Shown piece by piece: positions 23,808-38,619 of a DNA stretch of 64,000 nucleotides. The translations under genes were made by a program, and so were the position numbers. This DNA is from a virus (taxonomy: Duplodnaviria > Caudoviricetes). Under the pieces are notes generated by a model. It had not been told where the DNA came from and made no database searches. It was given only the letters and a program-made list of their open reading frames with translations. Positions within the stretch are counted from its first letter, which is position 1; each line of letters begins with the position of its first letter. The stretch lies in IMG/VR virus record IMGVR_UViG_3300035505_000178, one strand, 5' to 3'.

Positions 23808-24216
23808 TTTCTTCCCAATTTAAAGATATTTCTCCGTTTCTAATAACAAAATCATCACTCATTTGAATATTAACTTCTTCATTTCCATCATATTCAAATT
23901 GTGAATCTTTTAAATTTATATTTAATCTATTTACATCTTCTGCTGAAGTTATATGTCCGTTGTTATCAAAGGCAATTTTTACATTCTTACTTTCTATCTA
24001 AGGACTTACATTATTAGTGTGTCCTATATATACTGTATTTCCAGATCGACTAGCTGATAATCCAGATAATGGAAGTGTTTCGACTCCATCAACCTTCATA
24101 TTTAAAGCTTTATCAAGAGTAATAACAGAATCACCATTTTTAACTAAGACTGCTTCTTGAGATGTTATAGGAAAAAATATTTCTCCGTTTTGTTCTAATT
24201 TTTTAAATGCTATCAT
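23794..24216 (-). CDS. tail-associated protein, 140 aa (TAG=Gln)
   Basis: MIAFKKLEQNGEIFFPITSQEAV; N-terminus similar to the 24832 gene. Confidence 0.6.
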
Positions 24217-24832
24217 ACAGAGTATCAGGAATAACATAATCTACAGCAACTGAAACACCACTAGAAGTAGTGACATCCGATGCAGTTATCTATGTAGATA
24301 ATATTTGTCCTATAGCTGTATTGAAAGTATCTTTAGTTACATAATTTTCTAAGTTTACATCAGTTGATAGTTCTCCTAAAGTTTCCCAAAAATATGTACC
24401 ATCTTTATCAACACATAAGTACTCTATAAAAAGATTTCCAGCAACTCCGCTTTCAGAAGGTAATAAATAAATAATATTTGTGCAATCCTAAGAGGCAGCA
24501 GGTAAAGAAGTTACAATTTTATAAATTGTTGTACTAGCTGTTGTGCTAATAACTCCTGACTCAGAAATTTCAATTCCTGCTCCTGCTGTTAATTTATTCT
24601 ACTTAGAGTCAAGCATATTATTTATGCCTTCCACTATACTGTTCAGAGTTGCAATACTCTAAGCATTTGTACCAGTAAGACCTAAAGTTGCTTGAAGTAC
24701 TTTATCTAAAGTAGTAATACCTAAAGAAGATAATCCCACAATATTTGAAGTATTAACAACAACTGCCTCACTTAGTGTTATAGGAACAAATTCCTTATCT
24801 TGCTAATATAATCTTTTGATTAATGTGCTCAT
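24203..24832 (-). CDS. tail-associated protein, 209 aa (TAG=Gln)
   Basis: MSTLIKRLY(Q)QDKEFVPITLSEAV...IVTSLP...IIYLLP...EYLC...WETLG. Confidence 0.6.
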
Positions 24833-24834
24833 TA

Positions 24835-25284
24835 TTAAAATAAATTGTTAGGAATGTCATAATTAGCGTATGATTTTTCTGTAGAATTTACGAAATCTAG
24901 TTTTCCTACAATTTCTGTAGAATCTAAGAGTATATTCGCTAATAATTTATCTATTTCATCAATACTATAAACTTCTAAATTATTTCTAGCCATTTGTTTT
25001 TCAGATGAAGATTTAAATTCTCCTAAATAATTTTCTTTACATAAATGTGTATGAAATTTAGGAAAAGGTTTCTCAATTACTAATGTATTCTCACATCCGA
25101 AACCTGTGTCTAGTTTATCTATAACAGAATTTTCATTTCTATTATTGGTCTTTATAACCTTTGTCAATTCTATTTCTATAGGCTTAATACTAGAAGAATC
25201 TTCCTCTTTATGAATCTTTTTGATCTCGGAGGAAGATTCTTTATCATATCCTAAATTTATAGTATCATATAATGATTTACTCAT
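24835..25284 (-). CDS. hypothetical structural protein, 149 aa
   Basis: track ORF; YLGEF..EKQMARNNL motif also present in the 34785 gene. Confidence 0.6.
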   Translation of the reverse strand: MSKSLYDTINLGYDKESSSEIKKIHKEEDSSSIKPIEIELTKVIKTNNRNENSVIDKLDTGFGCENTLVIEKPFPKFHTHLCKENYLGEFKSSSEKQMARNNLEVYSIDEIDKLLANILLDSTEIVGKLDFVNSTEKSYANYDIPNNLF

Positions 25285-25774
25285 TTAGTGTTAGTTTCTC
25301 TGGGTACCCACAAGTATATTCATAATTTATAATATCTTCAACTGTGTGAAGCTATTTTACATTATTAATATGTTTATGTGTATTTATATAACTTTTAGCA
25401 GAATATAATTCTAATTGATTTAGAAAGTCTTTAGCTTTATCGTGGGATAATTCAATAATATTATCACCTAACGCGAGTTGAAGATTACCATCTGAACAAG
25501 TTAATAAATTCTATAATCCTACTCGTGTACTTTTATCTAACCAATACTAATTATCTTTATAGAAGAAGGAATTAACTTCATTTGATTCATCATATTGATT
25601 TATCTTATACAACAAAATATGTTGTAATAAACCAGCATCTACAATTCCATCTTTTGCAATTAATAATTCTTTCCATCCTTCTATAGGTAGTGACTCAAAG
25701 TCACTACGCTATAAAAGTTTATTAATGGAATCGTTATTATTAAAGAAATAGTTTATATTATTGTATGTTATCAT
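25277..25774 (-). CDS. DUF4376-like tail fibre assembly protein, 165 aa (TAG=Gln)
   Basis: YESNEVNSF...YWLDKSTRVGL...LELYSAKSY...GYPEKL. Confidence 0.6.
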
Positions 25775-28700
25775 GTTGTAGGTTTAGAATAATTATATTC
25801 AGTAAACGGAACACCTTGATGTTTCGTAAATCTCCAAACTGCTTTCTTTGCGTCAGTATTATAATACCAATTTCCAGTTCCAGAATATTCACCAATAACC
25901 CACTCGTAATTAGTCTTAGAATAATCAGTATAAGACTGATAACCTTTATTAACCTAATAGCTAGTTCCAGTTGCTACATCTGTTACAGGATTATAAATAC
26001 TAGCACTTCCACTAGTACTACCAACAAAGTTACCCCAAACAGCTTCAGGGAATTTACTTCCCATTCTAGACATAGCTAAAGAGAATATTGGAGTTCCTTT
26101 TACTGTTCCAGCATTTGTAACATCTGTTTTAATTGAAGAATATACTGTACTAGGTGTATTGAAACTTGTTCCTGATACACTATAACCACGATAGTAAACA
26201 ATTCTTTGATATTCTCCAGAAGAAGGAGCATACCAATTACCTTGTCTATATTGTTCGTCTAATACTTCCCCATCATTTACGGTAGGTTCATATAAATGAA
26301 CTCTATAGAAATATGGATATAATACACTTGACATTGCGTATTCATCACTAGATGAAGCTTCAATAGTATTCTTTAAATCCTAACCTAATTTATTATACAA
26401 ACCATCAAAGTTTGTAATTTCATTAGTATTAGAATCAATATAAGCACTATATTTACTTTTAATAGCAGGAATCAAATTATTGTTAACATGATCCACATAA
26501 GCCTATGTATCAGCTTTACCATTAAAGTAATCAAACGTCCAATCTAACTCAGAAGTTGCAATAATACTATCAATATATTTTCTACCTGAAACATCAATTG
26601 AAACATTATCATAACTAGATAATCCCCATGTATTTTCAACATATTGAGTAATCTTATAAGTAGTTATGATTTGTGTATCTGTACTAGTCATATCACTTGA
26701 TGCAGCAAAACCTGTATATTCAGATTTATTGTAGAAATACTCTTTACCAATTATATATACTTTACCAGAAGTATCATCTCCGTCCTTAGCATATACTAAT
26801 CCAACTAAAGTTTTACTACTATCGTAAGCACTACTAAATGATCCATCTGCATAAGCAAAATCTCCAAGATCAGGAGCAGCATATGCAAATTTAACAGTAG
26901 CAGTTCTAGAAATTGACTTACCAGAAGTAAGTTTCATTACAATAGTAACTGTAGCGTTAGTTGAAGATTCTTGTACAAGAGTAATATCACCAGTAGTACT
27001 ATTAATAGAGTTTTGACCTCCATTAGTCATACTATAAGTAATATCTAATCTACCATTTGTAACTGCAACGTTGTTACCAGAACTTACTGTGATTCCAAAC
27101 GGATTTGGTCTTACAACAGTACCTGATTCAGTTCCCATTCTAAAGACAGAAACTTCTTTAGCATAAGAGAAATCTGAAATAACAGATGATACATAATTAA
27201 ATGTAACTGATGTACCAAATGTTTCAATTAAATTTTTCTTAGTACTATAACTAATATCTTTGAGAGTAGTTCCTTCAGTAACAATATTAACTGTACCTGT
27301 AATTTCACAATATTCAGCTCTTGCAAGTCTGTTGATTGCATCTTCTGTAATGTAAAGATTGGCATTACGTAAAGTAACACTCTTTAATGTACTACAATCA
27401 ATAAGTTGTTCACAGATAGTATTAATATCAAGAGAAGTTGCTTTATCACACTCTATATATAAAGTTTCAAGATTTTCTAATGCATCATAATCTATTGTTG
27501 TAAGATTAGGATTATTATAAATCTCTAATGTAGTAAGAGTATTAGGAAGTATTAATGAAGTTAAATTAGATCCAGTAGGTAAGATTACTCTTTGTACTGT
27601 AGTACCTGTAAAATCTACACTCTTTAATTTAGTATAATCTGATAAGTCAATCTCATCAGGTAATGTCATATTATTAAGTGTAAGATTTTCTAATACTGGA
27701 GCAGTAGGAGTAAAACTACTAATGCTTAATGCAGCATAGTCTGAATCAAATCCATTCTCTGTTAATTTATTATTATCAATTTCTAACTTAGTTAATCTTG
27801 AGAATGGTGCTTTAATTTCAGTAGCCTAAAGACCTAAAATATTAAGTTTCTTATATAAGTTAATAGAGTATAAACCTTGGTTAATTGCCTTATCCGAAAT
27901 AGTAGCTTTATAGGTTTTACCTGTTTCAGCTAATTCATCAATTGAAGAATAACCTGTAGTTACATCTTTACTTAATGTAATACGTTTATCACCATCACAT
28001 TCATAAGAAGGATAAAAATCCTAGTAAGGTTCAAACTCCATTACTAAGTGCATATCTTTAACAGAGCCACCTGATGCAGATGTACTCCAGTGACCATCGC
28101 TTAACTAAGTTAAAGCATAAGTAGTCAAGAAGTTCAAACGTTTCTTCATAAATTGTTTTTCACAAGATAAGTTAGATCCGTGACTTTGTTCAATTGGTTC
28201 AATGTTATTAGCAAGATAATAACTTAATACTCCAGAATTTTTTATAAGTTGAGCATTCTCATAATATATTTTAGCAGTATGATTGAAAGCTATTGCAGGG
28301 AATGTTTCTTGAACATTAAAGAATACCTTGTTAAAATAGTTATTGGTATTATCAACATCAGTACTATTTGAGAAACTAACATCAATAATATTCTTTAAAT
28401 GATCCTTAATCTTATCTTCAAAACATCTATCAATCATTACAAAGAAGATGTTATTCAGGTCACCCCAATAATCTGCGTTCTCTTCTTTATAAGAAGTTTC
28501 AAGAAGATTATAAGGTTTAGATTGCAAACCATTGTTATCAGTAACTAAAATTGTATCAAGGTCATCACCTAGCATACGAATTTTATAATCCTTTTCTGTA
28601 ATTTGATAGTAAGTATTTTTAGCTCTGTTATCAGTACCAGATAAGAATTTTACTAAAGCTTGATGGAAACAAACATCATCAATATCCACATAATTCTGGA

Positions 28701-31700
28701 TTCCAGATAAGAATGTTTTCTTGATGTTTGCTAATGCAACAGCTATACCTTTACTACTAGTTGTACCAGCTAAAGTATATATATTTAATGCTGCCCAAGA
28801 ACCATTATCGTATTCTGTTCCTGCAGGAACCCATTTACTATTTACATGATCGTATCTATAAATATCACCAATCTTGTGACTAGACAAGTTGCCTGTACCA
28901 TCAGGATTAAATGTATTATTAGTTACAATATATTTAAATTCTTCCTTCCAATTATTTGGTGTATTATCAGAAGTTTGAATCATAGTAAAATCATACTTAT
29001 AAACGAAATCGTAGAACTCTCTAAATTTCTTTACTGTTTCGTAAACATCTTCTGTGAATGCTGTACCAGCATCGTTAATACCATAATCAATATCAAGAGA
29101 ACCTCTCAAATTGTAGTAGATAGATTCATCATTAATATAAAGATTATTATAAGGATATAACAACGAATCTGCAGAAGAAATAGTAGGAGCTGATGTAAGT
29201 TTATAATTATTAGGATCATCAGGAGAACCTTCTGCTCTTTGCAATGCTTGCCAAGGTACAATAAAGTTTGCAGCAGGATCGTTATTCTCACCACCCTCAA
29301 TTAATAAATAACCAGGAGTTTCAGAACTAGAATAACCGAATGTTGCATTATCACCTTTAGCTGCACCCCAAGTTTGGAATCCCATAAATTTAACATCCGA
29401 ATCATTAGCAAGAATATCAGCAAGTTCTACATCTTGTACATCTTCTAAATCAGTTTCCCAATAGAAATATAAAAATGGCTCTTCGTGTACAGCCTTACGA
29501 CCACCAGTTATCAAAGAGCTACTTACTTTATTCTTATAAGCATCATCGTATAATTTACAAGCACCAACCTTATGTGATTGCATTGAAGAAGCATAATTAA
29601 CTTTACCAACCAACTTAGTTATCTTTTCCTCAGACTGATCAACTTGACCGTCATATGGAGGCATAACATAATAACCAGTTGTAGCAGGTGCATCCTCAAC
29701 AAATTTGTTTGTAGTCTTATCAAGATATTCATAAGGAGTAAATAAACTCTTTTTATCACCATTCTTATTCTTAATCTTGTTAAGTTGATATGCTACGTTC
29801 CAAATCCAGTAACGCATCGCAGAAGAACCTTGTCCTTTAACTAAACCACATGTTAATCGTCCACCATAAGTCTTATTATAATTCTCATCACTGTAATTAA
29901 CAAAAAGAGTTACAGGTTTAGTTTTCTGATCAAAGTCTGGAGATCCATCTTTACCACCCCAAGTTCTTGAAGGGAATCTACCACCAGTTGGGAATACATA
30001 TACTAAGGTATTATATTTCTCAACAGCTTTTGTAAATGATATTTCTCCATTAGAACCTAATATATCATTATTGTCGTAGAATGTTTGTTTGTCTGCTTTC
30101 TTCAATAAGAAAGAAATATAATTTTGTTTAACTTGATCAAAAGTTAAAGCTATATTATTATATACTCTAAATAAATAAAAATCAATATCAGCAGTAGTAG
30201 GATTTACTTGAAGTGCTGCATTTGATAAAGCTGTTAATTCAGCATTAGTTAATGCAATCTCTCTATCAATAACACCATTGATGTAAACACGAACTAAGTT
30301 GATTGTAGTATTAGAACTCAAGAATTTAGATTCACTATCATACAAATAATAAGGATAATATATTTCTCCTTCTTGTATAGAATAGTTTCCTTGAATTGTA
30401 ATTAAAATATGAATCTCTTTATCCTCTTCAAACTAAGAATTTCTAGCTGTGAACGTATCATTAGTATCATCACCAGTATCCCAACAAATCTAAGTAGGAC
30501 GCAATTGGAACTTACCAAATGTTAAGACAGGTTTTGTTTCATCACTAATGTTGTAAGTTTTAAATGCCATCTCAATAGTGCTAAGATTAGTTAAACCTAA
30601 AGAGATAGGATTAATTAAAACTTCTTCAGAAGAAGCAGGAACTCTAAATATAGTTCTACCTGATTCCTCAGTCCATCCATCTAAATTTGTAGTTTTAGGA
30701 TTAGAATCAGAAGCATAATCTGCTGTAACGAATACATCATTTAAATATCCTGTATTCTAATCAAAGTTAAGAGAAGGACTCACATCTTGATAGTAAATAA
30801 AATTACGATTTACAGCTTCAACAGATAATTGTTTGTGATCGTATCCGTAAATCTCATCATCATCTACTTCATAAAACTCATAAAAATTATCATCAATCTT
30901 TATAAATAAATACTTAGTAGAATCATTACTATTAATTTCTATATACTTAGAATAAGATGTAGTATATGTATTTCTGTCATCATAAGATTGTGCAGAAACT
31001 ATTTCATACTTCATAATCTCAGTAGGATTATTAGTTTGATAATCCTCAAGATAAGTTGTAATAGCTACTGATTCCTTATTCGGACTATACACAGTTAATT
31101 CATATAATTGAGATACACCATTATTAGAAATCTCCGAATTAACATTATTAATTGCAACTACACTTTCTGTACAATCTACTGTATAAATAACATCTACAGC
31201 TAAATAATCAGTGTAGATAGAACTATCAGTATTACGTACAGCTTTAACAACTAACTTATTTAAACCTGAGCTTAATTTAGTATAAGATACTGTATCACTT
31301 TTAATTGCAACACCGTTATTGAAACCTTCAATATGATAGTCACTAGCAGTTGCTCCAACTAAAGAGAAAGTAATCTAGTTGTTATTTAAAATTGTAGTTC
31401 CGTTATATTGTATATCTATAATCTCTGTTGTAATAGGTAAATCTAACGAATAACTTACAGACTCATCTGCAACTAACTAAGCAGTAATAGTTTCTCCTAT
31501 CTGAGATTTTTTAAATAACTTAGTTATATCAATCCAAGCTAATTTATCTTTATCTAAGACTGAACTAATTTCTCCTGTAGAAGAATCAATTACACAGTCT
31601 TCATAATCAAGATTCTTAACCTTTAGAACTTCAGATTGAGTACCATAAGTAAATTTTACTTCGAAAGGTCCAATTCTATTAGATTGTGAAGTAGTTACAG

Positions 31701-32058
31701 AAATCGCATAAAGAGCAACTCCAATTTTAACTGTCTTATTAGCAGTATATTGAAATACTAAAGTATCCTTTGAAGCTTTATAAATCTTTTCTTCATCGTT
31801 AAATTTAATACCTTCAATATAAAGTCCATAAGAATAAGTAGCTGGAACTACTGAGATTTCTGTCTCTAACTTCTCACCGTTCTTTTTCAATATTGAGAAA
31901 GTATATGTACTTTTATCATATTCTATACTTTCTATGTCTTGATTTTGAGTCTTTTCGATCTATGTACATATAAAATCTTCGACAGCCTCACCAGTACGAC
32001 CATCCCATTCTTGTGAAAGATCGGTTATTTTATCAGCTACGTTCTCAAATTTTGCCAT
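25771..32058 (-). CDS. giant virion-associated protein, 2095 aa, with CotH-kinase-like and leucine-rich-repeat regions (TAG=Gln)
   Basis: five track ORFs in one frame; KGQGSSA, KVNYASSMQSH, TDNRAKN and DDLDT motifs; LxxLxLPxxL repeats at about 27300-27700. Confidence 0.7.
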
Positions 32059-32067
32059 TCTAAAAAA

Positions 32068-32268
32068 TTAATTATTTTTCCATGTATCATCTTTTAACCA
32101 AGGTCTATCTGGTAACCATGTTCCACTTCCGAAACAGCTTCTAATTGCATCATATACAGTAAGCCATACTAACTAAGTTCCTTTGTAGATAGCTCCTATA
32201 TTTTTCTCAACTTTATTAGCAATATTCTTATAAACAGATAATATTAACTTTCCGTCTTTATATATCAT
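32068..32268 (-). CDS. small Trp-rich protein, 66 aa (TAG=Gln)
   Basis: ...IYKGT(Q)LVW...SCFGSGTWLPDRPWLKDDTWKNN. Confidence 0.6.
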
Positions 32269-33368
32269 GACTACGAATTATTTTGTAAATACTATTCAAT
32301 AGCTTGTTGTATTAAATCTTCTACTTCAGATTTAGTGTAATAACGTTCAAGTAAATATTCGCTTCGTACATATCCAGTATCTTTGATGTCGTCTTGTCCA
32401 TAAGTACAATAATAAGTATCTTCATCTTTTTCCAAAAGATTCTCATATTCATCTTCTGTTAAAACAACAATATTTGGAATATCTGAAAGGAAAGCTACGT
32501 CTGCAGAATCAACTTCTAATCTATTATCTTTAACAACGATTTTAGATTCACCTAAGTTTAATTCTTTTGTGTTAACTGTTTCTGAATTTACATCAGTTAC
32601 TTCTAAGTTTGTAGATTTGACATTAGTAGCATTAAGAGTTTCTGTGTCAAGCTAAGTTTGTTGAGCTTCTTTATCCTTAGCATATTGATTCTATGTTACA
32701 AACATAAAATCATCATCGTCAGAGTCACCCTTTAAATCTTCTTTTGTCACATAATTATTAATAGTTTCTTGATCTACAAATTTTTCATCAACCTCAGATT
32801 TAGTATAATAGTTTTCTGCTTTCTCATTTAATTGAATTACACTAACATAATCTTGCTAAAGATCTTCTGTTGTTGTATAATTTGAAAACTTCTACTATAT
32901 ATCTGATACAGAACTAAGAGATGCTTTTTTATTTAACTATTCTTCTATACTTTTTCCCCAAGATGCTTTTAAGTATTCTTGTCCTACTTCTTCATCTGAG
33001 AGACTATCTTCATATATATAATAGTATGTATTAGCGTGAAGGAATGTTTGAGTTTCATCTATAGGTTCATAATCCTCAGTTGTATTAGCTTTCCAAGTTT
33101 TATACTCATCACTAGTACAAGCTATAATTTCTATAGATTCATATGAAGCTCTCCATCCTGTCTTCTAATTAATCTAAGACTTATCAATGAGCATATAAAT
33201 ATTACCATCTGCTACACAAGCAACGGTCATACCTTGATAAGCACTATCCGCAGAAATATTATATAAGTCCTCTACACTACTAACTACTGTTCTAATATCC
33301 AACGGTTTAGGAGCGTCTACTTTTAGAGATACTCCTAATACTGCATCACCACTATACTTATACGCCAT
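32265..33368 (-). CDS. structural protein, 367 aa (TAG=Gln)
   Basis: MAYKYSGDAV...PLDIRTVV...YQGMTV; extends track ORF 33174-33368. Confidence 0.65.
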
Positions 33369-34785
33369 TTAAGATAAAACTTATTTTATGAGGAAGAATT
33401 GCAGAATAAGAACTTTGTTTGGTCCATACTTTATAAGTAATACCATTTAATGTTTCAGTCGATTCTACCCAATCAGACATATTAACATTTAAATATCCTA
33501 ATCCGCCATCTACAGTAAATGAATTTATTTGAGCTTTAGTTCCAGGGAGTTTTATAACTGCAATACCTGTAAGATAAATATCTATATCTGATACTGATTT
33601 ATAGAATGGAACAAGTTCCTATTTAGTTTCAGATCCTTGAGTTCCTGCGTACCAAGGATAAGTAGCAGTAATATTTAATTCTGCTGTAATAGAACCTTCT
33701 TCAATTCTTTTATTAGTTGTTTCACCTTTGTTGTTTATTAAGTATTCTCCAGCAGCATAGTTAACAACACCTTGATGTAAATATGTTCCTATTTTATCGT
33801 AACTTGTTACAGGAGTACTATTAAGAGTTACACTTTCTTCTCTAGAAATTTCTTCACCTGCGTCATTCTAAGTGAATATTAAAGTAGGAGTTAATAATGC
33901 AGATCCGACCTCTACAACGGACTACAGAATTTCTTCATACTCTAATGTAGGTTCTACTAAATCTCTAACAGAAGTTGGAAAGATAATTGCATCAATAATT
34001 TCAGTAAATGATTTATTTTTTAACTGACTTACTGTTACATCTGATATTAAAGGAGATGTTGCATCATCTGGTAACTCTGTATTATAAACAGTATCAACAA
34101 GTTTTTCTTGCAATTCTTCAATCTCTGAACTAACATCTTTGACGTATAATCCTTCATTATTAGATAAAGCATTATTTTCTTTTTCAGAAATAACAACTTG
34201 TAACTTCTCATCTTCAATTGTTATAGTATCAGATAAGTGAGTTTGTATCCAATCAGAAATATTATTATTTACGTCAATGACTTTTAAATCTTCATTTAAT
34301 TTTGTAATCTGATTGTTGATAGACTAAATAGAAGTATTAATTCCTTCTATAGAAGTTGAATTAGAACTGGTATTCAGTAAAAGATCCTAAATCTATGTAT
34401 TAATAGAACTTACGGATTCTTTTAATTGTGCAATTGAATCAGAGTCTGACTCAAAAGTACTAACATAATGAAGAGCATATTGAAGAGCATCCTGAACATT
34501 AGTTAAATCTTTAAACTCATCACTTTTAAATTGTTGTAATGTTTTAACATAATTAACTAAGTCAGACTAGCTCTCAATTATACCTGTTATGTTTCCCCAT
34601 TCAAGAGTTTCATTATCTGCAATTCCTAAATTCTTTCTAACTTTAGCTTTCTCTAAAGCAGTTCTATATTCTCCTAGAAATTTATCCTTTAACAAAGGAA
34701 TAGGTTCACTCTTTACAGGTTTACCTTTCTTTCCACAAGAAATAATATCTGCGTTACTAACCTAAGTGTATGTAGTCTACATCAT
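33358..34785 (-). CDS. structural protein, about 475 aa (TAG=Gln)
   Basis: in frame with track ORF 33922-34113; WGNITG motif; TAA at 33358. Confidence 0.6.
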
Positions 34786-34954
34786 TCTAATTTAATAATT
34801 GCTATTTAATAAAATCGTGATTATCTAATTTAACTGGAAGATTAATAAAACAGATTAAATTTAATATTTCTTGATAATCTGGTCTATTACCCTTTTTAAC
34901 AGCTCTTAGAAAATCTTCATATCTTTTAATAGCTTTTCTTTTAAGAGCATCCAC
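34754..34954 (-). CDS. small hypothetical protein (GTG start, TAG=Gln)
   Basis: VDALKRKAIKRYEDFL...; start codon uncertain. Confidence 0.45.
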
Positions 34955-35663
34955 AACCAATATGTTTATTATGTCCATGACCAGAGCAGAATCCACCACA
35001 TCTATTAAACATAGATAATAACCTTTCAGCTTCCATGAACTATTTAAATCCAATTAAATAATCTATAACATTTAAAGTCATCCATATAAAATCTCTTATA
35101 TATAGTAAGTTATCTTGTGTGGAGTTCTTACACTTGTCAAGAAGTTGATCAAACAATTGTTTGCAATAATTGATATAACATTGCTACAAATGTCCAGTAT
35201 AGAATACATCAATTCTGCATTTCTATAAAGTAGTTCCTTCAATATTACGTTCAAGAATTTCTTTTACTGTACACTCTTCTAATTCTCCATCAACTTCTTT
35301 ATATATTTTATCGTCTTCGAAAATATAAATAGTTTCCCAATTATCTTTATTTGTTAAATTATCATACCATTGTCGAGTTGGAAGTATCATGTGTGTTACA
35401 ACATAATAACCATCTTCTTTTACTTTAAAAGTACAAGAATCAATATCTTCTGTGTGTTCATTTAACAAAACATCAATTAAAGTTGTGTGATCAGTTGATA
35501 CTTTAACAATACTGTTAAGAGTTGCACTTTCACTATATTTATATTTATCAAAAGTTGCTACAACTTCAACGTCTTCAGGAATATACTGGTTATATTCTTT
35601 AGAAAAATCTTCAATTAATATTTCCCCGTTTAACTTCGGGTGTATGTCAATACTAAATTCCAT
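34941..35663 (-). CDS. crAss-like structural protein ending CGCS, 240 aa (TAG=Gln)
   Basis: MEFSIDIHP...RDFIWMTLNVIDYL...CGGFC...GCGCS. Confidence 0.65.
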
Positions 35664-36466
35664 TATTTTACGTATCCTATTAAATAAGGTCCTTGCCATC
35701 TAATTTGATCATCATCTGAATTTATTATACCATTAACTGATGTTGCAGTAATCATCCAAAGTTTTCCAGTAAAATCAGTGATACTTTCTGTTGTCCAACC
35801 ATCACCAGGATTATCAGATTTATTATCTACATTAGGAACATCTGAATCAGTAACTTGATAACGTATTTCAAGTTTACTATCAAATGCCCATCTACCAAAT
35901 TGAGCAGGGTCAGAGAACTTAGTCCATTTACCTTCAACTCTTTTACGAGTAGACATAAAAGCATAAGGTCTTGCTGCACTAATACTTACAGGAGTTTCTG
36001 TCCAACCTTCTGGTAATTTCTCATCATACTAAGTTAAATCATCTTCATCATCATAAACAATTTCAGGTGCTTTCTAAGTAGATTGAGCAATATAGATATT
36101 CTAAATCTTTTCATAAAGATTAGTTGCAACAATTTCATATACAGTATTCAGATTCTGTGTATCTCCGTTATAAGTATATTTAGTTCGTTTCCAAACATAC
36201 GGATATTCATCGTTAGGCAATACAAATGTAGATGACCATGATCCTAATTCTTTTACATAACTTTCATCCTTAGAATCAGTTCTAACATACATTACATCAA
36301 CTATAATATTGTTAGCTGCATCTGCTTCACCACTTAATGTACTTACCTAAGTATATAAATCTGTTATAGCGGTCTACACAGAATCTTTCTCTGTACATGT
36401 AACAGATGAAGCTTCTGTTATAGGATAAATCTTTTGTTTACTGTTATTATATAACTATGTTCCCAT
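35663..36466 (-). CDS. structural protein, 267 aa (TAG=Gln)
   Basis: joins track ORFs 36101-36292 and 35663-35956; repeated PxGWT..P and YVW motifs. Confidence 0.65.
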
Positions 36467-36468
36467 AT

Positions 36469-38619
36469 TTATCTGAAATTAACTTTATCATTATAAGGAT
36501 TTCCATCTCTTAGTTGCATCAATTCAATCTCAGTTCTCTTTTGCTAAACTTCAATTTGTTTTTCTTTATACTCTTTATCAGTATTAGCATTGAACCATTG
36601 AACTCGATATTCTAACTGAATCTTTTGTTGCTCTAACTTCATCTTCTCTTCATTCAAAGATTTGAGTTCTTGTTGAGCCTGTTGCAATTGTTGCTACATT
36701 TGCTACAGTTGTTGATTTGCTTCTTCAAGTTTTTGAGATAATTGTTTCAACTAATCGTTTTCTTCCTTTTGTTTCTTTAAAGCCTTTTGAACTTTTAATT
36801 TAATATCAGTAAGACTCTTTGCAGTCATTACTTCAAATAAAATATCAGGAGGAAGGGCTTGAGCTTTAATTAATTCAGGAACTAATTGTTTTAATTGCTA
36901 AATATCCTACATTACTTCTGTACTAGATACAATATGTATATCATAACTAGTTAATGTAAAATGTTCAGGTAATGCAGTGAAAATTCTTTGTTGTTCCTCA
37001 CCAAGTATTAAGACTCCAGATATTCCGTTCTTATATACTTTCTTAGCAACATTCAAACAATCTAATAACATTTCATCAGTAACTAAATCCATCTACTGAT
37101 AATATTGTTTAGTTACAGTAAATGAATTTTGTACACCTTGTTTAATATTAGTTACTGCATCATTCTAACTAATTCCGTTTAATCTTTCTCTAAACACACC
37201 AGTAATAGATGATACTGTACTTTCAACAGATTGAATTGCAATTTCAATAGCTTGAATTGATTGAGCTTTTAAAGTTTCATCAAATCCATTAAAGATTGTA
37301 TTCAAAGGAGCATTACCATTATCGTTTCTTCCTTCTTGTGAACTATCAATTAATTGTAAACCACCTTTCTTATAAGCAATCCATTTTGCAACTCTTTCGG
37401 GCCATTTAACTCCTAAAGTTGTAGGAATTAATGACATATCAATAATACTACCTGATACACCACTATTTGCAACTAACCTATCTTTGTAATAATTTAATAA
37501 GTCATATCTATCTTGTAGTGGCATACATTTAAGCATCAAAGAATATGGTTCGTAAGATCTGTTAAAGAAATAAACTCCATTAATAGTAAGTCTACATTCA
37601 TTAGGATTATCTATAGAACGAACAACCTATTCATCTTTACCTCTTACAATATAAATGCTATCTCCAATTCTGACAACATTGTACCTCTACATAACAAAAT
37701 CATCATCAGTTTCAATCCATTCAACATCATAAACAGGCATTAATCTAAATCTGTGTTGTCCATCTGGATAACCTGGAACATTACTATATTCAGAAGATAT
37801 TATTTCTTTTTCTCCGTAAGTTCGTCTATAACTAACAGCACGTTCATCAGACCATTCATCCTTCAATCTTTTTCTATCTTCTTTTGATAACTCTTTACCA
37901 AATCTATTAAGTATTTCAGCTTTCGTTAACCATTCTCTTATTACTGCTCTTGATGCATCTCTAGCATAAGGAGTTTCATAATTATCATCAGTAAAAGTAT
38001 TCAATGGATTTAGAACTTGAATCTTAACATTACTTTGATTCTAAGAACTAAGTACTCTAAAATAAGAAAGTCCTGAAATTAATATATCTGTTAAAAGCTA
38101 TCTAAGTTTAGTTTTAAGATCCGTTTCTCTTGACTACATTATATACTAGATAATGTCTTGAGCTGCAGTTTCATATTTAGAAACAAACGAGTCATTAACA
38201 TTTTCAATAATTTTATCAAGCTACATTTTAATAGATTTATCGGTAGTATCTTTACCATCAATAAACTATAATAGAGAATTAGTTAAATGACTTTTCAAAA
38301 ACTCTACTAAAGCTTTCTCAATTTCTAACTATTTCTCTCGCTCAATGTTACTTATTGTTCTAGCATCTTTACAAGATATTTTTGGAAGTATTGGAGTATC
38401 CAAATATTCACCGACTAAAGCATCTATATGCTTCTTTAGTAATGGTGTAAATTCAACTGATGTTGGGCTTCCAATTCCATAATTATTCTCTAAGTATTCA
38501 AACTATTCAGGATCTCTTATACCGTTATAATAATTATAAGCTTTCTAAAGTTCTACTTTGTCGTAAACTAACTCAGAAATAACTTCATCTGCTTTGTCTA
38601 TTAATTCTTCGTCCTTCAT
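36469..38619 (-). CDS. portal protein, 716 aa (TAG=Gln)
   Basis: KAYNYYNG...FTPL.KHIDALVGEYL...SITGVFRERLNGI; joins three track ORFs; lies downstream of TerL. Confidence 0.85.

Noticed and set aside
5696-29300. Off-frame minus-strand track ORFs 5696-5908, 12336-12530, 15352-15636 and 29106-29300
   Set aside because: Nested in alternative frames of longer supported genes.
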